In this document: in pieces, positions 7,029-15,606 of the stretch
How positions within the stretch are numbered: the stretch's first letter is position 1
Layout of the letters: each line of letters begins with the position of its first letter
Sequence record: NC_047884.1
DNA length: 64,000 nt
Reading direction: 5' to 3' (one strand)
Source: Escherichia phage saus132
Notes under the pieces: model-generated
What the model saw: the letters and a program-made list of their open reading frames with translations, nothing else
What the model was told of the DNA's origin: nothing
The model's database searches: none
Made by a program: the position numbers and the translations under genes

Positions 7029-7176
7029 GCCAGAGAAATCATACAGTGGAACTGTTAACCATCCATGTGGAGAGAGCCAACAGTGATACTTATCACTATC
7101 AAAGCCCCTAGATTAAAGATGTTGTTTTAACTCGTCAACAGTCATATATGACTCCTATCTATAATTTATAGAATAT

Positions 7177-7205
7177 ATTATATAGAAAATTTCGGCATTA
7201 AGCAA
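7177..7205 (-). promoter_or_regulatory. early promoter cassette upstream of Toprim-gene leader
   Basis: Minus strand -35 TTGCTT, 17 bp, -10 TATAAT. Confidence 0.6.
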
Positions 7206-7213
7206 GTGAAATT

Positions 7214-7510
7214 TTACTGAACACTGCACTGATACACTTGTTTGATACGTGTCACTGACTTCTTAGTTGGATTGATAGAAGAACCTTGCCACCAACGTGA
7301 TTCTGAGCTGAGAACAGCACCAGGAACAGCTTGTTCTTTTGGCAGAACAATATCAAAACATTGCTCACCCATATTATCTTTAATGTGTGACCAAATATCC
7401 AAAGTAAATCGTTCTAGCTTATTACAAACTTGAACTTGACAAAGTTCCTGTTGTGGAGCAGCAAATACAGAAGTAGATACTAGAGTCAATGCAAGTACAA
7501 TGCGTTTCAT
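7214..7510 (-). CDS. small secreted protein (98 aa) with cleavable signal peptide
   Basis: MKRIVLALTLVSTSVFAAPQQ signal-like N-terminus; start moved to ATG after SD GAGAGAGG (track start is a TTG inside the UTR). Confidence 0.5.
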   Translation of the reverse strand: MKRIVLALTLVSTSVFAAPQQELCQVQVCNKLERFTLDIWSHIKDNMGEQCFDIVLPKEQAVPGAVLSSESRWWQGSSINPTKKSVTRIKQVYQCSVQ

Positions 7511-7540
7511 ATTTGATTCCTCTCTCAAATTTATAAATAT

Positions 7541-7569
7541 ATTATACAGAAATTTTCTATATTAAGCAA
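7541..7569 (-). promoter_or_regulatory. early promoter cassette
   Basis: Minus strand -35 TTGCTT, 17 bp, -10 TATAAT, then ATATATTTATAAATTTGAGAGAGG UTR with SD. Confidence 0.65.
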
Positions 7570-7616
7570 GTGAAAATTTCTGTATAATAGCCCTCTAAGC
7601 GAGGGCTATAACTACT

Positions 7617-8309
7617 TTATTTGTTAACGCGTACAAAGTATCCTTTATAGGCTCCCATAATAGAGTTACCTAAGAATACTAGCCACATTGCTAGGATTGC
7701 ATAAGATGCACCTGTAGATTGAGCAGTTACAAGCCAAATGTATACAGTACCAATGTTAATAGCAATCCAGATCAGCCATTGTTCAGCATATTGTTTGACC
7801 ATAAGCCACATAGCAATCACACTACCAACCGCAGTAAATGCGTCAAGCATTGGGAATGGATCAGCGGTAGTAGCAAGGAAGCTGCCGTAACCTAAAGTAG
7901 CTACTGCTAGAATCCCTAGAGTCAGCAGAGCTTGGGCTTTAGTCAGAACCTTAGTTGGAACATCTGGCAGATTACTTGGCTTATTTTTATGCCATAAGTA
8001 CATTCCATAAAACTGCATAGGAACGTAGTATAGCAGGTTTAGTGCAGCGTTACCATAAAGATCTGCGTTTAAAGCTGTAATACCATATGTAAGAACACCC
8101 ACTAAGCCCCAAATATAGTTGGAAACACGTCCTTTTGCAACCAGAATAACACAAACCACATTGGTTATTGCAGTAGCCCAATCTAGAGCTGTACCATTAT
8201 AGTTTGCTAAACTAATGAAGACAACCGCTATGAACAGCCACAGATATTCCAGAGGTTTCCAGTTTTTAAAGTCATTTACGAGATAGTTAGTCATATTAAA
8301 ACTCTCCAA
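7617..8309 (-). CDS. pnuC: PnuC-like nicotinamide riboside transporter (230 aa)
   Basis: Size and multi-helix hydrophobic profile typical of PnuC; directly downstream of and overlapping the NadR-like gene. Confidence 0.65.
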   Translation of the reverse strand: MESFNMTNYLVNDFKNWKPLEYLWLFIAVVFISLANYNGTALDWATAITNVVCVILVAKGRVSNYIWGLVGVLTYGITALNADLYGNAALNLLYYVPMQFYGMYLWHKNKPSNLPDVPTKVLTKAQALLTLGILAVATLGYGSFLATTADPFPMLDAFTAVGSVIAMWLMVKQYAEQWLIWIAINIGTVYIWLVTAQSTGASYAILAMWLVFLGNSIMGAYKGYFVRVNK

Positions 8310-9351
8310 CGTTAAAGTGATGAATCAGCCAGTCTACTGCGTTTACTGCTTCGTCCATACGAACTTTGTAGTCCGGGGAGTCGATGTAAACAGTACGCCC
8401 TTCAGGGAACTGATTTGGAAATTCTTTCTTCATCTGCTCGAACAGTTCAGAAGTAATTGAACGATCGGAGTTAATACGTAAACCATCATCTACCCACTTG
8501 ACAGTAGGCGCTAGAACAATTACTAAATCGTAATGTTCTTCTTTTGCAATTGCTGTAACCACAGGGTTCTTACTATGTTCATAAAGTCTGTGGTAGAACT
8601 CAGTAATAAAAGCATTTGTATCCACAAACATGATCTTATTTGCAGTACGTTCTGCTTCAAACTCTAGCTCTTTGTGTCTGAACGCAATTTTACTATAGTC
8701 TTCGCTGGTAAGCAGATTTTCGTTACCAACTAGATCAACTTCACAATACGTTCGGCCATATTCTTCTACCCACGAAGTGTTGTATAGCTTCGCAAGGTAT
8801 TTTGTTAAAGTAGTCTTTCCTGAGCTTTCAGTCCCAATGATTACAACCTTACGCACGTAATCTTTACGAACTACGCTAGGAAGAAACTCCCAATACTTCA
8901 TAAGATCATTACGAATCATTGTAGCTGAGATTGGAACACGAGTCCGATCAGAATCTACAATATAATGACCAAACTTCGGCAGATATTTCTTATATTCTGC
9001 ATCATAGTCTAGTTCGCTAGAGAAAATGGTGATCTCAGGCAAATGTCCGTAATTTTCATTAAGGATTCTAGCATATTCCGGCCAACCATTCGGATATTCA
9101 GGAATATCATCTTCAATAGTGTACTCTACCGAAATGTGCTCAATATCCGCGTAAGTTTGTTCTAACCAACGAAGTCGATTCTTTAACTGTAATACTTCCT
9201 GATCACGTGTGTTCTGCTTATCCAACCAACGATTATCATGACTAACTACAACAATAACTCGTTCACACATAGTTGCTGCTGTGTTTATTAGGTTAATATG
9301 ACCACGCGTTAATGGTGCGAACTTACCAATTACTAGACCAGTCTTAATCAT
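8296..9351 (-). CDS. nadR: NadR-like bifunctional NMN adenylyltransferase / ribosylnicotinamide kinase
   Basis: N-terminal GKFAPLTRGH nucleotidyltransferase motif; C-terminal P-loop GTESSGKTTL; start taken at ATG after SD, not the track start inside the promoter. Confidence 0.75.
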   Translation of the reverse strand: MIKTGLVIGKFAPLTRGHINLINTAATMCERVIVVVSHDNRWLDKQNTRDQEVLQLKNRLRWLEQTYADIEHISVEYTIEDDIPEYPNGWPEYARILNENYGHLPEITIFSSELDYDAEYKKYLPKFGHYIVDSDRTRVPISATMIRNDLMKYWEFLPSVVRKDYVRKVVIIGTESSGKTTLTKYLAKLYNTSWVEEYGRTYCEVDLVGNENLLTSEDYSKIAFRHKELEFEAERTANKIMFVDTNAFITEFYHRLYEHSKNPVVTAIAKEEHYDLVIVLAPTVKWVDDGLRINSDRSITSELFEQMKKEFPNQFPEGRTVYIDSPDYKVRMDEAVNAVDWLIHHFNVGEF

Positions 9352-9381
9352 ATTTGATTCCTCTCTCAAATTTATAAATAT

Positions 9382-9410
9382 ATTATACAGAGAATTTAGC
9401 ATTCAAGCAA
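9382..9410 (-). promoter_or_regulatory. early promoter cassette for nadR-pnuC operon
   Basis: 29-nt block identical to the cassette at 7541; -35 TTGCTT, 17 bp, -10 TATAAT. Confidence 0.65.
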
Positions 9411-9562
9411 TCGAATTTTTTAACTTTTTAGTGGAAAAAATCTCAAGGCATTTAGTGGTAGCACGTTGTTGCTACAATAATAGTATATGATTCTAAAGAA
9501 TTAAAGAATTAAATACTAAAGACCTTAGTTGAATAACTTATGGGCTTTTCTTTTGCCTTAAA

Positions 9563-9601
9563 TACAGAAAAGCCCGCGCTCTCGGAGGAAACGCGGGCTT
9601 A
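9563..9601 (-). terminator. rho-independent terminator after SPFH gene
   Basis: GC-rich hairpin AAGCCCGCG...CGCGGGCTT then U-run on minus strand. Confidence 0.7.
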
Positions 9602-9623
9602 TTTCGAAGATTACGTGTAACTA

Positions 9624-10568
9624 TTACTTATTACGCATATCCATAATCATCTGGCCATCATAACCAGTACCTACAACAGTCTGAGGAACGCCACCCTGAT
9701 ATTTTTCAGCGCGTTTCATATCAACTTCCAGCTGTTTCCAGCGAATCATCTCTGGAGTGATGGTACGCTGCAGAGCGGTGTTAGCTTCAGCTTCTTTCTT
9801 AGCCGCATACAGTTTAGCATCTGCGTCACGTTCGTTAGCTACTGCCATATTTTCACGAGCAGAACGATCAGCCTCAGCTTGCTTAACTTTCTGCTGTGCT
9901 TCTTGTTCAACACGAGCTAGTTCAGCTTTTGCAGCGTTAACTTGTTCTTCACGAACTTTGGTGTTTTGTACCTGTTCCATGATTACCGGTGGCAGAGTAA
10001 TATCCTGAAGGAATACTTGCTTAACGGTGTAGCCATAAGGACGCGCATACTCTTCTACTTCTTGCTGAATAGCGGTTTGCAGTTGAGCCTGAATCTTAGC
10101 GTCGAACAGATCTTGTGCTTTTGGTACAGACTTACCAAACTCACGAATCGTAGACAGCATCTTCTCTTCAACGTACTTGTTCAGAGCTTGATCCTGAGTA
10201 CCTGCGTTAACACGGTTCATAGGAGCTTTAGCACCATCAAACTGCAACATAACGGTAATGTCAACTGTAGACTTAAACTTATCCTGGCTAGGAACCTGAA
10301 GTTTATCCAGTTTCATAGAAATATCTTTCGTACTAAAAGTATCAAAAGAGGCGAATGGGTTGACAATATGGAACCCCGGCAATACAGGATTAGGACTAAC
10401 TTTACCCAGGAAAGTCTGAGTTTTAACCGTACCGTCCTGAACAACTGTATAGGAATTGAGAGCCAGAATAAGAGCGCCAAGACCAACTACAGCACCAACA
10501 CCCCAACGTTTAATAGTACGAATTACTTTTTGATCGGAAGTCAGTTCTTTAGTGTTTTTAGTAAACAT
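9624..10568 (-). CDS. SPFH/band-7 (HflK/C, prohibitin-like) membrane protein
   Basis: N-terminal TM helix, central SPFH-like region, C-terminal Ala/Glu/Gln-rich coiled coil; rho-independent terminator downstream. Confidence 0.6.
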   Translation of the reverse strand: MFTKNTKELTSDQKVIRTIKRWGVGAVVGLGALILALNSYTVVQDGTVKTQTFLGKVSPNPVLPGFHIVNPFASFDTFSTKDISMKLDKLQVPSQDKFKSTVDITVMLQFDGAKAPMNRVNAGTQDQALNKYVEEKMLSTIREFGKSVPKAQDLFDAKIQAQLQTAIQQEVEEYARPYGYTVKQVFLQDITLPPVIMEQVQNTKVREEQVNAAKAELARVEQEAQQKVKQAEADRSARENMAVANERDADAKLYAAKKEAEANTALQRTITPEMIRWKQLEVDMKRAEKYQGGVPQTVVGTGYDGQMIMDMRNK

Positions 10569-10579
10569 ATATTTCCTTA

Positions 10580-10780
10580 TTATTTAGAAGAGTTAGCTAC
10601 TACAGTTACTTTAGTTGCAGAAATAAACAGGCTAGCATCCACAGCAAATTCAGGAGCTTTGATATCTCCGTTATGAAATATGACTATACCGGAGACTACT
10701 TCAAATGCTAGCGCTGTAACATCGGTGGTATTTACTTGTGAATGTTCACCTACTACTTTTACTATATATCGTGTTTTCAC
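10580..10780 (-). CDS. hypothetical protein (66 aa)
   Basis: Short ORF between SPFH gene and tRNA-Arg. Confidence 0.35.
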   Translation of the reverse strand: MKTRYIVKVVGEHSQVNTTDVTALAFEVVSGIVIFHNGDIKAPEFAVDASLFISATKVTVVANSSK

Positions 10781-10806
10781 TTTATTTTCCTAGCAGTTAA
10801 TAAAAT

Positions 10807-10881
10807 TGGCCGAGGTGACAGGATTCGAACCTGCATAAAGGAATTTAGAAGACTCCTGCCTATCCCTTAGACTACACCCCG
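10807..10881 (-). tRNA. tRNA-Arg (UCU)
   Basis: Acceptor CGGGGTG/CACCTCG, anticodon arm GGAGT-CTTCTAA-ATTCC, T arm GCAGG-TTCGAAT-CCTGT, CCA encoded. Confidence 0.7.
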
Positions 10882-11740
10882 TTTAGGTATTTTTAAGAAC
10901 TCTTATAAAAGCTCTTAAAGATACCCGACGGTAGGTAGGGTCAGCCCCCTCAGATTAAGCTCTGCAGCCCTTCCGTCAGACAATATCTTCCAGTTTAAGT
11001 CAGGGTGACTTTGTGGTTATGTTCTCCGTATGTGAAGAACTCGGTTAGGCTTAGGTCATGACTCCCAGCCTACTGCTGCCGCTCAACAGGAATTATCGCG
11101 AATTACCTGTACTATTGGGCACCATTAGTGACATCTCTCATGTCAGCGTTTCCCACTCTCATATTCACGCGGTCTGTTAGAATCGCACCTCCGATTTTCG
11201 ATGCGAAGCTGGATGCCTAGTCTCAGGTTAAACGGGGCACACACTAGGCAGTGATCCCGAGTTCCGAGTTTGGTTGAGGCCGTCAGGTTTCCTCGTGGTT
11301 TAGCTGTTTCGATTCTAACCTAATACTGATCAGGTGGCGTACCTCCTGAACTGTCATAGTATGTACTCCAGCAGCGAATGCTTATCCGGTATAAGCCCGA
11401 GTTATCTGATTCTTTCCGACCGCAGGATTCGAACCTGCATCTTCCACCAGTTACGGTTTGATATTACCGTTTATACTAGGACGGCAGTGTTATCACATAA
11501 GTCAGTTCGACACCCCACTAACATAAACTAGAGAAGAGTTTACGAGATTTCGGGACAGCTCCCGAGTTTTCCGCAGATTTTCAGTTCCCTATCAATAGCA
11601 ATAAGCGTTAGCTCGTAGCCTCTCTCAGAGTACTTACTAGTCTCCAACTCACCGACTCTATTCAGTGGAATAGCTATCCTAGTAGGAATCACTAAACTCA
11701 CTCAGCGTAATCGGCTCGCTGTTCTCTAATTTATGAATCT

Positions 11741-11769
11741 ATTATACAGAATTTTGAGGCGTTTAGCAA
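11741..11769 (-). promoter_or_regulatory. early promoter facing an 860-nt ORF-free region and tRNA-Arg
   Basis: Minus strand -35 TTGCTA, 17 bp, -10 TATAAT. Confidence 0.6.
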
Positions 11770-11777
11770 ATCAATTT

Positions 11778-12221
11778 TTAATTAAATTCGCCAGCAACCT
11801 GAGCAGCAATGCCACCGTCGTAACGACCAGGAAACTCTTCCTTAATCGCTTTCATCAGCATACCTTTTGTAATCCCAGGGTTCAACTTAACTAATTCTGC
11901 AAAGTATTTGCGAATCTCAGAATCAGATAACTGAGGCGGCAGATACTGTTGTAGCCATTTGTTCAGTATATACTCATACTGAGCAGACTGCAAGCTATAA
12001 TTATCAAGGTCTTGACCGTGAAGTTTAGCTTTCGTCTGATTAATGCTTTTCAGTTGAGCTTTTAGATAAGATACAAACTGTTCAGAAGTAATGAAGTCTT
12101 TATCAACACGCTGAAGATCTCCGATTATGGTCTGGTAGCTTTTAGCTACTTCTTTATCAGAACCATCAACCTTAGATTCCTGCAAAGCCCTACGCAAAAC
12201 ATCTAGAATATTCTCTTCCAT
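11778..12221 (-). CDS. hypothetical protein (147 aa)
   Basis: ORF; no recognisable motif. Confidence 0.5.
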   Translation of the reverse strand: MEENILDVLRRALQESKVDGSDKEVAKSYQTIIGDLQRVDKDFITSEQFVSYLKAQLKSINQTKAKLHGQDLDNYSLQSAQYEYILNKWLQQYLPPQLSDSEIRKYFAELVKLNPGITKGMLMKAIKEEFPGRYDGGIAAQVAGEFN

Positions 12222-12259
12222 TATTTAATTCCCAGTGCTTGGTTAAAAGATTGTTCTGT

Positions 12260-12391
12260 CATAACTGCCGAGACTTTAGCGAAATCAAACTTCTTAGGGT
12301 TTGTAGTAATTTCAGCAACGTTAGTAGTTTTAACTGTTTTCGTAGTACGGATACCACGAGTATTAACACCAATAATTACAACTGATTTCAT
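12260..12391 (-). CDS. small hypothetical protein (43 aa)
   Basis: ATG with SD GAGAGGAAG directly downstream of early promoter 12423-12451; hand-translated; below track cutoff. Confidence 0.3.
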
Positions 12392-12422
12392 ATTTCGCTT
12401 CCTCTCATTAATTTATGAAAGT

Positions 12423-12451
12423 ATTATACAGAAATTTAAGGCTTTAAGCAA
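12423..12451 (-). promoter_or_regulatory. early promoter cassette
   Basis: Minus strand -35 TTGCTT, 17 bp, -10 TATAAT. Confidence 0.6.
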
Positions 12452-12459
12452 TCGAATTT

Positions 12460-12927
12460 TTAAGTTTTCTTAACCACAGGCTTGTAGAATGTATGGCCTT
12501 GAATCTTCGTTGTTTTCTTAAACTTCTTTGTCCAGTACGGTTTATCTTTACCACTATGGAAGTATAACGCTCCATGTGTTGGATCTTGTGGTAAATCAAC
12601 GTAGTATATCACTCTAGCTAAATTCTTAGCAACTTGCCAAGCCTCATCGGTTTTATCAACTTTTGGTCTCCTGGCCACCCAAGAGAACTGGTTAGACTGA
12701 TATACTACTTTACAGTAAGAATCAGGAAAAGTACCAGAGTTAACACGGTTTTTAGTAACCTGTGCAACTGCGATCATTCCTTTAGTGCCCTCACCTCGTG
12801 CTTCGAAGTAGATATTTTTTGCAATGCAATCAATCTGCTTTGAGTCGTAGGTCGCATGACTATTGAAGCTATAGGTTAGGGCAGCTATTAAAAGCAAAGC
12901 TGCCTTCATTTTATTTACTCCGGCCAA
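12460..12927 (-). CDS. secreted cell-wall hydrolase, SleB/CwlJ-like
   Basis: Signal peptide MKAALLLIAALTYSFNSHA; NIYFEARGE motif characteristic of SleB-type hydrolase domain. Confidence 0.55.
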   Translation of the reverse strand: MAGVNKMKAALLLIAALTYSFNSHATYDSKQIDCIAKNIYFEARGEGTKGMIAVAQVTKNRVNSGTFPDSYCKVVYQSNQFSWVARRPKVDKTDEAWQVAKNLARVIYYVDLPQDPTHGALYFHSGKDKPYWTKKFKKTTKIQGHTFYKPVVKKT

Positions 12928-13232
12928 TCGTACTCAATACGATTAGGGCTTTCTTGATACCCTTCGTCTAAGAGATCATTACGCATGGTCTCTTTAGCTA
13001 CTGGGTTCGAGGTTACTAGTACCACTTTCTTGGGTCTCTGACCAAATTCTAGGAGTAAACGAAGAATTTGATAACCTTCCATACCATCTACAGCCAGATC
13101 GTTATCCATATAAACGAAATGACCTGTGGTATCGGTTTTATTCAGAAACTCAACAGCGGCTTCGGGGGTTCGAATGATAATGTCCATTCCATGAAGGTTA
13201 CGCACATCATCAATCAGAATATGAAAAATCAT
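12915..13232 (-). CDS. hypothetical protein (105 aa)
   Basis: ORF downstream of early promoter cassette. Confidence 0.5.
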   Translation of the reverse strand: MIFHILIDDVRNLHGMDIIIRTPEAAVEFLNKTDTTGHFVYMDNDLAVDGMEGYQILRLLLEFGQRPKKVVLVTSNPVAKETMRNDLLDEGYQESPNRIEYDWPE

Positions 13233-13262
13233 AATAGCCTCGTCTCATCAATTTAAAAATAT

Positions 13263-13291
13263 ATTATACAGAAAACTAAACTAATTAGCAA
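13263..13291 (-). promoter_or_regulatory. early promoter cassette
   Basis: Minus strand -35 TTGCTA, 17 bp, -10 TATAAT. Confidence 0.6.
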
Positions 13292-13675
13292 ATACATTTT
13301 TAAATTGAGAGACTAGTAAACCGATAAACAGCCTAGAGGCGCCACAGGCCATATCTTATGAGCCATGTACCTTTGATCTAGGGTTTGAATCATCAACGAA
13401 TACTTTGCATCTTTTAGCTTTAGAAGGTTAGAAGTTTGAGTGCTTTTAACTTTTCAGCTTTCATACTTGAGCGTTGATCTTTGAAGTTGTGTTGGTACTA
13501 CCAACGACCTTTTGTTTTTACGTGTCAGATTAAATGTCTGATGTAATAAACATAATCTCCAATAGATTATACTTTATAGTATGGTCAGCGGTCTTATTTA
13601 ACCTCGTATTTCAACCGCTGCTGCGAGGTAAGATGCTTGGGCTTTCGTCTACCGATTTACTAGTCTTTTAAATTA

Positions 13676-14314
13676 TTACTCTACTTCGATAAAAGTAGAG
13701 GCGTTGGACTCAGACAGAACAAAGTCAACGTTAGTTGCAAAGTCCTGGTATTCTTCGTCGTGTTGCTTGATCAGCTTTTCCAGCTCCAGCGGATCGATCA
13801 GGAACGGAGTGTTCTTGAGTTCCAGCAGGTTAAGCTGCATCTTAACTTCATCCTCGGAAGTCTTCTTGTCGCGGGTAGCCATGGTATCCTGCAAACGCTC
13901 ATACTTGGCATCAAACTGAGCCTTCTGAGTGTTAAACTTAACAGTAGCAGCATGGAACTGCTTACGCATGTTAGCCAGCAACTGAGCCTTGAGTTCCATA
14001 GAACGCTTAGCTTCGATTGCTTCCGCAACAGTCATAGAGCGAGAGCCGATCTCTACAACAGTTTCAGCATTGCTCTTGATCAGCGCAGCTTTCAGACGAT
14101 CACGCTGGGACATCATATCCAGCAGAGACTGGAAATCAGTCTTAATACGAGTAGACAGAGCATCTACTTCGATTGCAGCGCCAACTACAACTTGGTTCTT
14201 GTCCTTACCTTCACCAACAGCAATCAAAAGCTGTTGTTCAGTAGCTTTACGGATTTTAGCTTCCAGAGACTTGATAGTTGCCAGAGCACGAGTTTTAGAG
14301 ATACGAGTAGTCAT
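13676..14314 (-). CDS. hypothetical coiled-coil protein (212 aa)
   Basis: Long ORF, charged and heptad-like composition. Confidence 0.55.
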   Translation of the reverse strand: MTTRISKTRALATIKSLEAKIRKATEQQLLIAVGEGKDKNQVVVGAAIEVDALSTRIKTDFQSLLDMMSQRDRLKAALIKSNAETVVEIGSRSMTVAEAIEAKRSMELKAQLLANMRKQFHAATVKFNTQKAQFDAKYERLQDTMATRDKKTSEDEVKMQLNLLELKNTPFLIDPLELEKLIKQHDEEYQDFATNVDFVLSESNASTFIEVE

Positions 14315-14367
14315 TATTTGCTTCCTTATATGAAGTTTGAGATTTGAATTTGTTTTAAAATGGTCTA

Positions 14368-14550
14368 TTACAGACCGATTGCCAGCAGAGTGCGCAGAAC
14401 AGTATCAGAACTGTTATCAATATTCGGATTAGCGCGATTCAGCACGTTAAAGATTTTCTGGATGCCGGACTGACGCTCAGCCATACGACGCAGACCCAGG
14501 TTACGTTTTGCTACTTTACCATTTTTACGGACGTTTTTAGATACTGGCAT
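14368..14550 (-). CDS. small basic protein (60 aa)
   Basis: ORF downstream of promoter cassette; Lys/Arg-rich. Confidence 0.4.
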   Translation of the reverse strand: MPVSKNVRKNGKVAKRNLGLRRMAERQSGIQKIFNVLNRANPNIDNSSDTVLRTLLAIGL

Positions 14551-14590
14551 AATTATTTTCCTTTTGTTGTTCTCTCAAATTTATGAATAT

Positions 14591-14619
14591 ATTATACAGA
14601 ATTTTGGAGCTGAAAGCAA
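14591..14619 (-). promoter_or_regulatory. early promoter cassette
   Basis: Minus strand -35 TTGCTT, 17 bp, -10 TATAAT. Confidence 0.6.
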
Positions 14620-14620
14620 A

Positions 14621-15322
14621 TCAAATTTTGATTTTTTCGATCATGATGGCTACACAATAACTTTCAACTAAAGCATCGAATGCTGGATCATGCTTCACGG
14701 GATAGATTCCATAACGAATGGTGTCCATCTTTTCCATTTTAGCTTTTGCCCAGCTAGCACCTTCGGCTTCTAGATCTTTATAACTATAACCAGCTTGCAT
14801 CCACTGATTACGGAAAGATCGAACGTTACCTAAGTTCCAGAATTTCCACGGAACTATTTCTTCATGGGTTCCGGCATGGAACGTATTTGCAGAGTAGATA
14901 GTCATATCAAACTCTGGGCCATTGCCGTAATACAGAGCATTATCTCCTAGAGACAATTCCATAATGTTCTGAGCCATAGAGAAGGCAGCGTAATTAGAAC
15001 CTACATCATTAGTGCAGTGATGCTTACCATCACGGAAGGCAATCAGTTTCGGATTGCGATTAGTCAATGCTTCTACTATATGGCAAGCTGAAGTACTCAG
15101 TCTAGCTTGTTCCATCCAGAATGCAATAGTAGAGGCAGTTACCTTAGCACCCGCATTAAGCTGATCCTGAACGTCTAGAGTAACGAAAACCAGATCAGGA
15201 TCTTTATCAATTCCGTGCATCGCTACAAAAGCGAAAGAAGGCATTGCGATATGAGTAGTACCGCAATTTCCTGGAGTACCTAGAGATTCAATGTCCAGCA
15301 TACCAAAGGGCTTGAATTTCAT
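14621..15322 (-). CDS. putative DEDD-type 3'-5' exonuclease (233 aa)
   Basis: N-terminal LDIESLG (DxE) and C-terminal HDPAFDA (H-x4-D) motifs. Confidence 0.45.
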   Translation of the reverse strand: MKFKPFGMLDIESLGTPGNCGTTHIAMPSFAFVAMHGIDKDPDLVFVTLDVQDQLNAGAKVTASTIAFWMEQARLSTSACHIVEALTNRNPKLIAFRDGKHHCTNDVGSNYAAFSMAQNIMELSLGDNALYYGNGPEFDMTIYSANTFHAGTHEEIVPWKFWNLGNVRSFRNQWMQAGYSYKDLEAEGASWAKAKMEKMDTIRYGIYPVKHDPAFDALVESYCVAIMIEKIKI

Positions 15323-15352
15323 AATTATGTCCTTTATTGTTGTAGAAAACTA

Positions 15353-15565
15353 TTAAAGAGCTGTCTCTTTAATAGACTCCCACTGTTTGGGGTCTTTCAG
15401 AGGAATTTCCTCTTCTTCAAACAGGTCTGTTCCATTTTCGTTAACATCCCAGTTTTCTTCCATGATTTCTTCTAGAAGCTCATGTTTAGAAAGACGAGTG
15501 TAGTCTCTAGCAGACTTATGAGTGCTAGCACGGTTAAAATCATTCTTTGCAACGAAGTTACGCAT
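15353..15565 (-). CDS. hypothetical acidic protein (70 aa)
   Basis: ORF. Confidence 0.4.
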   Translation of the reverse strand: MRNFVAKNDFNRASTHKSARDYTRLSKHELLEEIMEENWDVNENGTDLFEEEEIPLKDPKQWESIKETAL

Positions 15566-15573
15566 AGTTTCTC

Positions 15574-15598
15574 CAAATAAGAGGGGCTTTCGCCCCCT
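15574..15598 (-). terminator. rho-independent terminator
   Basis: Hairpin GGGGC-TTTC-GCCCC with U-rich tail on minus strand. Confidence 0.55.
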
Positions 15599-15606
15599 GA
15601 TTTAAA

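Noticed and set aside
13704-14347. Plus-strand ORFs overlapping the 212-aa minus-strand gene; also 9757-10676 (+) over the SPFH gene and 48595-49302 (-) over the SSB-like gene
   Set aside because: Each lies antisense to a longer ORF that has promoter and SD context; likely frame artefacts.
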